DNA of 64,000 bases from Mizuhopecten yessoensis (Eukaryota). Location: NCBI RefSeq assembly GCF_002113885.1, contig NW_018405575.1:122440-186439 (forward strand), read 5' to 3'. The notes under the pieces are model-generated. The model was not told the origin of the DNA, did no database searches, and saw only the letters and a program-made list of their open reading frames with translations. Below are positions 26,337 through 37,780 of the stretch, in pieces (positions within the stretch are counted from its first letter, which is position 1; each line of letters opens with the position of its first letter). The translations under genes and the position numbers were made by a program.

Positions 26337-29300
26337 TTATAGCTTGTATGTATTTGTAATTCCGCATTGTGAAAACTTTTTTCATAATTGTTGTAAAATA
26401 GAAACAGTTTATAATATTAATTCCGCACTGTGCCTGTATAAATATGTACATGCCACAACAATATATTGTATGAACAAAGTGTGTTTGTAATCAATGTGTC
26501 TTTAATATATAAAATGTATATCCAACAACTGTCTATAATAGTATATCTTGTTTAGGTAACCACTACATATTGTGTGTACGAAATACATTTCTGATATTAT
26601 AGCTTAATACGTATTGAACCGTTCGAACAACATTCAGTGGTACAACAGTTAACTGCTACTTTTATGTATAACCGGCAATAAATCGGACCGCCTCTAAGTG
26701 TTATAATGTTAAACAGGTTTCCGGTTCGTTTTAAAATAGGTCATAGATACTCGCCTGTCAACTGTCTTCTGTGTTGCACCACGTTACTAAAAGTCACCTA
26801 TTAACATTAACATTCTGGCGTGAAATGAACACCTGATTAACACAAAATAGACTGGAAATTGATCAACAAAAACGACTGAAGCAAACGTAAGTGTTGAATA
26901 TGATAACGAATGGAAATTGAAATTTTCGAATAATGGCTGACCGTTGTGGAAGTATGTATTTAATGTAAATACACAACCTATTTATAGGTAACACGTATGT
27001 GTCCTAAACTTGTGTACTTGCGAACTGTGCTAGGTGGATGAATGTGGGGAATGAAGGAATAGACATGTTTAAGAATGTTCTCCTAAATGAACGCCAACCT
27101 GGTGATATGTCATTGTGTTAATTCATGTAACTAGATGCACTACTTTATTTTCTGACCGTAACAAAAGCATTGTTAACTTCACAATCAGGAAATAAAACAT
27201 AATACCCGATAATGTCCGTAGTCAACATTAAGTCAGCTATATATAACGTCTACAGAATAACACAAACGGGCGTATCTGTATGATGTAGACGTGAAGTGAG
27301 TAATACAATAATCAAATTTTACATTGTCGGATCTATTAAAGCAAACATACCCGCCATCATGATTTAAATGTATACACATACATGCAGGTACCCGTATGTT
27401 GTATACAATAAAAGAGGTTCTGTACAAAAAAGCTTGCATTTCACTATACACATGCATACCCGTAACAAATTACTGTTTAACCATATACACGTACAATGTA
27501 CGTCCCGTACAAAGTCACTGTATACCCGTAGTGTTGTGTGTACACGCTTGCTTTCATTGAAGTAAGAAACGTTGTCTAACATGTTGTAGTCTATAACGTA
27601 TTGGATTATAATTTAAGAGTCTCCTTGTAAATATATCCCACCTTCACCACCACTGTTACCGACTTTGAGTACGAATTATGGTTTTGTTGACTCTTGTTGA
27701 TGTATGCATCTAAAATAATGCAAATGCTATATTTACATATGTATATTGATTTTCGTGATAGAAAAGATCAATCTTGCGACGATGCTTTTCACATATAATG
27801 GGAGTCATTCACTTGAAATTTCCTTGCCCCTACCATTGATAGGCACACAAGAGCATGACACCTCACCCTCTTATCTATTTGTATACTTCAGCTGAATATG
27901 ATAACACCCACTGTCGTTTAAAACGGTTGCACAAAGCTTGCAGTGCTAAACCTGCCCATTATGGTTATTTTCCATTTACAATATCATTTTATTTCTTTGT
28001 CATTTAACTAGAACAGATATCGGTGTATGGAATACACACTATACACTGGTGCGTTCAGTATACGTGCGATTAGTGGCGATAATTACAGACACATTGTTGT
28101 CGTGGTTATTTCATTGAATTTTCCTTATTATTGCACTACTGAAAAAATCGAACTCCTTTAAGGAGTATTTAATGATTTTTATGACAATATATTCATATTA
28201 TTCCGTTGAATGAAATGCAATATATGTTAAGTTATTCTCAGAAATAAATCTTTATTGCAATTATTCTGCAAGACAAAGTACAAGATGGGGTAGTAAAATC
28301 GATTTCATCTGAATAACTTGCCATACACCTCAAAAACCAGTCAACACAAATGTATGATATATAAATTTATATATTGAAACGTATTTGTCAGTATGTAAAA
28401 TGTCTTTTCTATAACGCTTAAATCAACCCCAATACCACTCCAATAAAGAAAGGTTAAAATACAGAGTAAGTAACCGTTTTGTTTACACGTTGGTATTTTC
28501 TTCTATACATATGTATGTTTATAAGTACATAACTGTAGTTATTGTGCGTGTGCTTCATAAGACTTATTAACTTTACAAAGATTTTCCCAAGAACACCATA
28601 TATTTCTGTTCCCTGACACAATTCGGAAAATATTCTTTTATATATATTTAGTATTTGTCATTACAGCATGAACATCAGAATAACCTGGTCCAAGACAACT
28701 TAAAGCATGACCCATCAGAGGCAGACATGGATGAGATCTTGAAATGTGGGATATGCCGGTCGGAACTCTCTGACCCCAGACAGCTTCAATGTGGCCACGT
28801 GTTTTGTTTCGAATGCATAGACACGGACTTTAAAATACGAGACAGGAACAATGGAAAATGTCCAATATGTCGGGCAGATTTTTGGCTTAATCCTTGTAGG
28901 GACACAGAATCTTTACCAAAATGTCCGATACCATTTCTTCACATCCTGTCGATTAGGAAAAGCCCGGAACAGTGCTGTGAGTACCCCGAGTGTGAGCGAA
29001 GGCCTGCGCCATTTATATGTGTTAGGTGTCGACTATGGTTGTGTGATACTTGCAAGTCCACGACATGCACCAAAAATAAAAATCCGCTTCGCATGCATGA
29101 GGCTTTTCAACAACACGAACTGGAGCCCACTCTGTTTGACATCGTCAAGAGAAGCAGACACAATGTGTGCAGAGAACATTCGCAGATTGACGTTGAATGG
29201 TATTGCAATCGTTGTAATACACTGGCCTGCAACTTGTGCAAAATAAACCTACACGAAGGTCATGGTTCGTTGATGGCAATGGACGCTAAAGTGCATGAAT

Positions 29301-31357
29301 GTCGTGCTGAGTTGGAGAAGACTATTATATTATTAAAGGAGAAACAGAACGAACACACGAAAAACAAATATACGCTAACAAAGTTGATAAGTTCATGTTG
29401 TAAGGAGTTTGTGAATGTGAGACACTGTCACACGGCTTTAGATCATTGCAACATTGGATGGGAAGAGTGCGAAAAACTCATACTTTTGATCTCTAAATTG
29501 TTGGGATATGGATCGATGAAAGTTATAATAGAAACGTCCTTGCACTTGGAAGAACGGATAAAGACGGAGCTAGAAAAACGTCTGTTACTTGAAAAAGTAC
29601 GCGAGGTACTTTTGACTTCTTCGGTGAAGATAAAACCGGAAGCAACGGACGTTAAAATAGTCGACGATGAACAGATGCAGAGAAATGATGATGCCTGTGA
29701 ACACGACGACATTGAGCCATCCGTTGCTCTTTGCGGCGATGCGTGTGAGTCCTTGGTCTGTACGAGTGAAGAGGGCGTTATCTGGCTCTGTGTGTGGTGT
29801 AGGAAATGGTTGTGTGGCAACTGTAAGATGGCGCCCTGCACAATGGGGCGTCTCACTGATGAATCTCACACAGCATGGAATGCATCAGACATCGATCCGG
29901 CACTGTATGCTATTGTGACGAGGAGCAGATGTTCCTCGTGTACGACACATCCCGAAAATGACGTAGAGTCGTACTGTTGCGAGTGCCATGTGATAGCGTG
30001 CAGGTTGTGTTGTCACAGGCACGAGCATCACGAAGTGGTTACCATCACGACCAAGGCAGATTCATACAAGGAAAACATAGAGGAAAAGACAAAAGAATTA
30101 AGAAAAAAAGTAGCAGAATATTTAATAACTAAATGCAAAGTGTCAAAAATCCAAGGTGGCTGCCATTTTAAAATATTAAAATCCAAATATTTTGTAAGTG
30201 TCACCAGTGAGTGTATTTTGAGAATGAATAAATGTGATAATTTGAACAAAACTCTTCACTTTCTTCTTCAATACGCGTCGGAAAGAGTGATCGTGGAAAC
30301 GTTTGATAAGATAGAAAGTGAGATAGAGGAAGAATTACAGAAGGATCCCTCCGACAATTTATCGGAGTTACGTCACGTGATCAATTCTTTAAGCGGCACA
30401 CTAAGCCAAGCTATTGGAGATGAAGACACTGCCCTTGCGAAAACATCTGGCTTACAAAGTACAAAGCAAACAGTATTCGAGTGAGTCGGTCATTTCCTTG
30501 CAATGTACATGAACTCTTTTGGATGAGACAATTTTAGTTCGAACACTGTTAATCTTATATCAGCTGACAGCACCCAAATTTGATCACCAAACCATGATTG
30601 ATTACATTCATTGAAAAATCAGAAGATGAATTGTACTCATTTAAAGTTGTATGAAAAGTATATTTTTCATCATCATATAACTTTGCTGATTTACTTTAGA
30701 ATATGCTTGAATGCAAATATTTCTATATGTATATTGTATACGTTTTGCTGAATTCAGTGAATTTGGCAATGGCATGCATAACTTTTGCTAAATTCAGATT
30801 TACCAGTAAAAATAAGCATGCATATATAACCATTCTTAAATCGGTTAAAGTAATAAAATCTAGCTTTGATGATTTCTGCACTAGCGCTTAAAGAATAAAC
30901 AATCAAATGTGATTTATTTCTCACATCTCTGCAGATTCACTCCAAAATAAAAAAAAATATGCATGATTGTTTACCGAACTCATGAGGTTTGCATAATTCT
31001 ATATAAATGATATATTGTACTCGTTGACCCTGTATTGCGTATCTGTAAGTAATAAAACAACTTATAAGAAATGTTTATGTCATTTTTGTCATTTTCCCTG
31101 TCACTCTCTCTCTATATATTAAAGCAAAACGATGAGACCAAGGGTCCATGGACTTTCGTGAGTTTTATGATATTTCATTAACCAGTGACCTAAGTAATCA
31201 CGCTTTAAATTTATTTCTAGGTGTTTTCCATATATAAGTTACCCCAAAACAATATTTCTATGACAACAATACTACTTGACTCCTGTCCAGAGGCCATTAA
31301 ATTTGAATTAAGTTTTCAAAATAACAATAACTGCTGTGGCCATATTCGATTTCTGAT
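26337..31357. repeat. Tandem segmental duplication, unit 2 (contains the TRIM gene)
   Basis: 26337..28460 matches 20943..~25930; ~30950..31357 matches ~25930..26333. Confidence 0.9.
28727..30484 (+). CDS. TRIM-like RING E3 ligase, RING-(B1-B2-CC)x2, 585 aa, intronless CDS
   Basis: CGIC...CGHVFCFEC...CPIC RING plus a duplicated B-box/CC module. A likely 5' UTR intron 28466..28666 (gtaagt...ttacag) makes MDEILK (28727) the first in-frame ATG. AATAAA at 30894. Confidence 0.92.
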   Translation: MDEILKCGICRSELSDPRQLQCGHVFCFECIDTDFKIRDRNNGKCPICRADFWLNPCRDTESLPKCPIPFLHILSIRKSPEQCCEYPECERRPAPFICVRCRLWLCDTCKSTTCTKNKNPLRMHEAFQQHELEPTLFDIVKRSRHNVCREHSQIDVEWYCNRCNTLACNLCKINLHEGHGSLMAMDAKVHECRAELEKTIILLKEKQNEHTKNKYTLTKLISSCCKEFVNVRHCHTALDHCNIGWEECEKLILLISKLLGYGSMKVIIETSLHLEERIKTELEKRLLLEKVREVLLTSSVKIKPEATDVKIVDDEQMQRNDDACEHDDIEPSVALCGDACESLVCTSEEGVIWLCVWCRKWLCGNCKMAPCTMGRLTDESHTAWNASDIDPALYAIVTRSRCSSCTTHPENDVESYCCECHVIACRLCCHRHEHHEVVTITTKADSYKENIEEKTKELRKKVAEYLITKCKVSKIQGGCHFKILKSKYFVSVTSECILRMNKCDNLNKTLHFLLQYASERVIVETFDKIESEIEEELQKDPSDNLSELRHVINSLSGTLSQAIGDEDTALAKTSGLQSTKQTVFE

Positions 31358-33282
31358 TTGACCCACTACAGTCAGAATCATCAGTTATAAGTCGTCTTAA
31401 CAATTTTTAGTTAAATCTGTTAAATTTGAGATTAGGTTTTCAAGGGATTTTATTATTGCAACATTGGCTGCCATATTATATTATTGACAGACCCGAAAAA
31501 TACCATCACTTTATCAAGATCCCCATTTAGTTATCTTTAGCAAGTCTCGGTTAAATCGAACCATAAGAATATATGATTATAAACTTTAACTATGTTTTCA
31601 AAATGGCGGTTGAGGCAACAATTAACACAGCCGGCTATTTCTACCATGGTTCAGTTAAATCGGCCCAACTTGAAGTGACAAACATGTATTTTTTGCTGAT
31701 TACAGTAAAATGAACTTGTTCCGAATAAAACCAGGTTTGTTTCTGAAAATAATTTTCGATATCACCATGATAGACTGACATCAAATCATTAAAGTGATAA
31801 TCATTTTGATAATTAGGTGATATCATTAGTACAAACTGATTGGGTCCAATCACCATAATAAAACTACTTTCATAATGTTTTAACTACATAATGTTTCTCA
31901 AAAGATATTTGTTTATTGGTGATATCATTAATTTAAACTCAAGAGATTATATCACCATAATAAAAATAAGTTAGCACGTTTTAAGCTACAAAATGTATGC
32001 TATAAAGATATTTATGAATTGGCTATATCGCCTATTCAAACTTTATGTGTGATTACTAATAAAAGAGTATATTACTATAATCAAATTACTTTCATCTTGT
32101 TATTGTCTACATAACTTGAGCTCCAAAGATCTTTATGAATTGGCACTATATCGCAAATTCTAACTAATTTGGTTGTCTCGTCATAATAGAAATACTTTCA
32201 TCATGATATTAACAACATTATATAAGATCCAAAGAACTTAATGAATTTGTGATGTTATCTATTCAAACTGAATTGATTACTTATAACAAAATTATTTCAT
32301 CATGCTATTAGCGACATCATTTGAGCTCTAAAGACCGTTATGGATTGACGATATCATTCCAATAATAGTTGAAAATATCTATCCGATAACGTTTTGATAT
32401 CACCATAGTATTGGCGATAATATTATATACTGACTTGGTATTGAATTAATGTAGCGCACGCGTAATTAAAAAGCACACCGAGGAAACCACACATATGTGC
32501 ACTACCGATAAACAGTCCTTTGTCGTCAATACACACAATGAACTGTCAGATTAGTGGGTTTAACCCATAGCTATAAATATAACTCATTCATTTTAAAATA
32601 GAACACTAGGTACGTCACTTAACCGACGTGGCTCTGATATATTGGTCTGTATACTTTGTATTTGATATAGAGGCGCTGTTAGGTCATTGTTTGGGACATG
32701 TTGGACAGACAAGGAAGCTGACGAACGATAACAGAGCTTTCCACTACAATCCACGCCTCGATGGTTTGTATTTAGTTATACCTGATTGAATGATACGTTT
32801 ACCTATATTTAAACTTTTAATTGATTTTATGCTGCTGCGGAATCTCTTCAGCATGGCGATTCCCGATGGCTTTGAAAATGTATGAGATGTTCCTCAACTT
32901 TGAGATACTTAATACAAGTGGGGCATGTTTAGTTTTGGTCCATTTGCTCAAAAAGTGTTAGCTTCATGTCAACATTGAATCAAAGCTTTAATCTATTTTA
33001 GTTTTAAAAGATCAAATTTCAGCAAAAAAAGCACAGAAATAATTTGTGAATTATCGGATATTTTTCGAAAATTCTTCAATTGTTTTGAAGACAACTAACT
33101 CAATAACCATTCTCAACACGTCTACGTATTTTAACACTTAAATACTTGCTAACGATCAGTAAATGGTAAGTTTTCTATGAGATGATTTAAATTGAAAGGG
33201 TATCAATAATAACTGTAATGTTTGATTCCATGCCGGACATAATCAACGATGAACATTGTGTTAACGTAAAACACAGATTCTT

Positions 33283-34436
33283 GCCATGATATGCATTTAG
33301 CTGCCATCGCATGGCCTTACTGTCTTGATATGACCTTAGCTTTCGTCACATAACTGTTAATGTCATGATATACCCTAAGCCGTCGTCACGTGACTCTTAC
33401 TGTCGTGATATCATTGCTATGCTGATGACACACAAATGTACATGGTTATAAAACCACAGGACAGTTGGAATACAGTCTCAGAAAGTCTGGAAGCTTGTCT
33501 GACAGATATCAGTATCTGGATGAACGCCAACATGCTTAAACTTAATCAGGAAAAGACGGAACTTATCGTCTTTTCCCCAAAGTGTCAGCAAACAATGGCT
33601 CTCCAGCTCAAGGTTGGTGCCAGAACTATTGAGACTGTTCCAGCTGTTAAAAACCTAGGGGTATACTTTTACAGTTCTCTGAACATGGAGAAACAAGTGA
33701 ACGCTATTGCCAAATCCTGTTACTACCAGATCAGGAACATCGGCTGTACTCGGCAGTTTCTAACTGCAGATGCATGCAAGATTTTGGTGCATTCTCTTGT
33801 TACCTCTCGGTTGGATTATGGTAACGTCCTGCTCTATGGTATATCTGACAAACTAACAATTCGTCTGCAGAGGGTCCAGAACACTGCAACACGGCTAGTT
33901 ACTCGTACTCGAAAGAGAGAGCACATCACACCTGCGCTTTATTCGTTGCACTGGTTACTTGACGATACAGGTCGCAGTACAAAATCTGGTATACACATAC
34001 AAGGCACTGAATGGAACAGTTCCTCAGTACCTACAGGAACTTGTTACCCTGTATCAGCCTTCAATATCACTGCGGTCGGAGTCAGAATCTTTGTTGTGTG
34101 TCCCAAAATCACGTACTGTGGCCTACGGAAGGGTTTCGGCTACGTTGTGGAATAGCTTACCATCTGCTATTAGGAAGTCAAATACCCTGGCCAAGTTCAA
34201 GAGGGACATAAAAACTCACCTCTTCACGTCTGCATTTTAGAATCTTTGCAAAGACGTCATGTAAATACCACCCTTTTATTTGTTCAATTATGTGCACATT
34301 GCTTGTTAAATGTATGAAAGTGATTGCAAGCCTTTGTTGTTTGTTTTCACAATTATAACCATTACTATTATCCATATGTTGTAAAGCGCCATAGAGTAAT
34401 TTTACAAATTATATAGGGCGCTATATAAATGATGTA

Positions 34437-34471
<35 letters not shown>

Positions 34472-34940
34472 CCCTAAACTGTTGCCACGTGATTCTTACT
34501 GTTTTGATATAACCTAAGCTGTCGTCGCATGACTCTTAATGTCATAATATAACCTTAGCGGATGCCAAATGTCCCTAACTGTCATGATATGCCCTTAACT
34601 GTCTTTCACATGACTCTTACTATCATGATATGACTTTAACTGACGTCACATGATCCTTACTGTCATGAAATGCCCTTAGGTGTCATCACGTGACCCTGAC
34701 TGTTATATGACCTTAACTGTCACCACATGACGCTTACTGTCATGATATGCCCTTAGCTGATGCCACATGGCCCTAACTGTCATGATATTCCCTAAAATGT
34801 CGTAACATGACCCTTACTGTCATTTTCTGTCATGATTTGACCATAACTCTTGTCACATGATCTTGACTGTCATAATATGTCTTAAACTGTCGTCACATGA
34901 CCATTACTGTCATGATATTGCCCTAGTTGTAAGATCACAT
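33283..34940. repeat. Degenerate ~40-bp tandem repeat interrupted by a LINE
   Basis: tgtcatgatatgcccttaactgtcgtcacatgactcttac-like units on both sides of 33412..34466. Confidence 0.85.
33412..34466 (+). mobile_element. 5'-truncated L2/CR1-group LINE, reverse transcriptase C-terminal part
   Basis: Starts at HCYADDTQMY (RT YADD motif); contains LKLNQEKTE, KNLGV, SRLDYGN, LQRVQN, HITPAL..LHWL; frameshift near 33960; 3' stem gtaaagcgcc...ggcgctat and (TAT)n tail. Confidence 0.93.
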
Positions 34941-35578
34941 GACAGTGGATATTATTATATGATTTTAACTCTCTTCATATCAACTTTATCAACTGTAATG
35001 GCACTAATTGCGCTTATCATTCAGCTACTGTACAGATATTTAATATGAGGGCTTTCACTTGACTCTTGATATTGCAATTTCAGAAATCAATTAGCATTTG
35101 CCTTCAAAGTTGAAGAATAAAAACACATGCTAAATAACCATATCCTTTCAAATCCAAATTTCAAAGAAAATTTTGGTGAGTTAAAAATATACTTTCGTGG
35201 GTCTACTGAATGCGAATACGAAGCTATTAATACGAACCTAGCGAATTGCAAAATAGCAGATTATACAAAATGTATGTGATCTGATCCAGTCCAACTGCAT
35301 CCAAAGTAAAAGAAAAGGCTAAAATGTTGTAACGAGGTAATTAAATGCGTTGACAACATGAACCAAGAAAATGATTGGAAAAAAATGAAGGAGTTTAATT
35401 GGACAGTATTCTTGTACTCGAATTTACGAACTGAATGTTAAACTACACTGGAGAATGAAAATACATTGTGCATTGCACGTATACTTTGACTGATATAATT
35501 TTAATAATGTTTTCATTAAGATCTATAATATATATAGTTTTATGGAGATATTTAAACGTATTTTTTAGAACCTGCAAG

Positions 35579-36889
35579 ATGGCAGACTCACTGGATGTAA
35601 GAGATGAAGAGAAGCTGTTGGAATGTGCTATTTGCCTCAGTCGCCTAAACTCACCAAGGAGACTGGATTGTAGACATGTGTTCTGCTTTAACTGCATCAA
35701 AAATCATTACAAAAAATGTGGCAAGCGATTGGCACCATGCCCGATCTGCAGGAAGCTGTATCCGTCAATGAATGTCACAATTGATAATCTGCCTCAATGC
35801 TCCATCCCCTTGGATCAGCTACTGGACATGAAAAACTCCCGACATTCATGTGAGTCTGGACCCTGTCAGAGCACCCACGCTCCATTCCTTTGTCTTGGAT
35901 GTAAAAAATGGCTCTGTTTTGCCTGCAAAGTACACGATGATGAAACCGCTCCGTGCCCGAGTCATGAAGCATATCGTATAGCTGACATAGATGCGAGATT
36001 ATATAGCATTCTCATGCGAAGTCAGGAGAAATCTTGTGTAGAACATCCGTCTCATGAATTACAATGGTTTTGTAGGCAATGTAACATTTTAGGATGTAAT
36101 TATTGTAAGATACGTCAGCCATTGAATCATAGCTTTATCACTGTTAATGAGAAAGCAGCGGAGCTCCGTGAGTTGTTCAAAGATGTATATGCCGTGATGA
36201 AATAGAAAGCAGAAGAGCACGAAAAGGCTCGAGATTTCTTTAACCAAATAAGTGAAAGACTATCTCCTTTAGGAATCTGCAACGTCGACTTTTGTAAAAT
36301 ATCGGCCAATGAACACAAAGACAGCGTTACAGAATGCAACTGTCTCATCCAAATCATGACCTACCTCGAGGAATACGCTTCTAGTGAAGTTTTAGTGGCC
36401 ATGTACCTAAACATGGAGGATCAACTCGCCAGTGAGATTGCCGAACAGCCACTAAACAAATTGAGAGACCCCCAACACTGGCTTAGAGACACTACACTGA
36501 TGTCTGCAGGAGGGAAGACAAAACTGGGGAATAAACGGGAAACATCAACTGACACTGACCTGTCAAAGAAGATCAAAGTGACGTATTATTGTAACTTAGT
36601 GGCATCGATTCTAGAAGCGTTGATTGTTATCATGATTTTTGTTTGCATACTAGCTATTATCTATTATTGGAGTGACATATGGGTAGAAATTAAAAGCAGA
36701 CTTTATGTCATGGTTGCTAATTTGTTACGTTCTTGGTTAGAAGGAATGATGAATGACATGTTAAAGCCAATACTTATCACATTATCTTTTTTTTTTTCTT
36801 TTTTTTTTTCATTTGCAGAAAAATGTCATGTTTTATATAATCATCCTTTCCTTTTTTTTTCTTTTCTAAAGCACAAACGTGTTTTTTAA
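35579..36889 (+). pseudogene. TRIM-like RING-B1-B2-CC with C-terminal hydrophobic segment, one in-frame TAG
   Basis: Acceptor ttttttag at 35568, ATG 35579 (MADSLD), CAIC...CRHVFCFNC...CPIC. TAG at 36203-36205 stands where paralogs have Glu (LKEKQ). The frame continues open to 36889 and includes LVASILEALIVIMIFVCILAIIYYW. Confidence 0.8.
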
Positions 36890-37044
36890 ATACACAATAT
36901 GTTATATTTTTTAATCAACTTTTGTTTTGTGATTATGTTTGAATTACGATTGTCACTGTATTATTCAAAATATGAAATTGATAAACATTTTATGATGAGC
37001 ATATAACATACACATCAAACTGATGAATTACACCCCTAAAGTTC

Positions 37045-37780
37045 ACAGCAGCTATAAAACACCACACTCAGAGCTATAATAAACCACACCAAAACAGCTA
37101 TGATATACCATCCTTCATCTATAATCTACCACAATCAGAGCTATAATTTACCACACTCAGATCTATAATATATTACACTCAGAGCTATAATATACCTTAC
37201 TCAAAGCTATAATATACCATAATCAGAGCTATACTACCACAATCAGAGCTATTATATACCACATTCAGAGCTATAATATACCACAATCAGAGCGATAATA
37301 TACCACACTCAGAGCTATAATATAACACAATCAAGGCGATAATATACCACTCAGAACTAAAGTATAAAAAGATCAGAGCTATACCATATCACACTCAGAG
37401 CTATAATATACCACACTCAGAGCTATAATATACCACAATCAGAGCTATAATATACCACAATCCGAGCTATAATATACCACACTCAGAGCTATAATATAAC
37501 ACAATCAAGGCGATAATATACCACTCAGAGCTATTGTATAAAAAGATCAGAGCTATACCATATCACACTCAGAGCTATAATATACCACACTCAGAGATAT
37601 AATATACGACACTCAGGGCTTTTATATACCATAATCAGAGCTTTAATATGCCGCAATCAGAGCTTTAATATACCACTCTCAGAGCTATACTATACCACAA
37701 TCAAAGTTGTACTATATCACCCGCTCAAAGTAAAAATACACCACGCAGAGTTATAATATATCACTCTCAGCTTTAATATA
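37045..37780. repeat. ~22-bp degenerate minisatellite
   Basis: accacactcagagctataatat units. Confidence 0.92.

Noticed and set aside
28461-30950. Processed retrogene insertion with target-site duplication
   Set aside because: The segment retains a likely GT-AG 5' UTR intron and the flanking similarity is only A-rich microhomology, so deletion from the sister unit fits better.
36203-36205. Programmed TAG readthrough
   Set aside because: The TAG-AAA context lacks the known leaky motifs; a GAG>TAG point mutation explains it.
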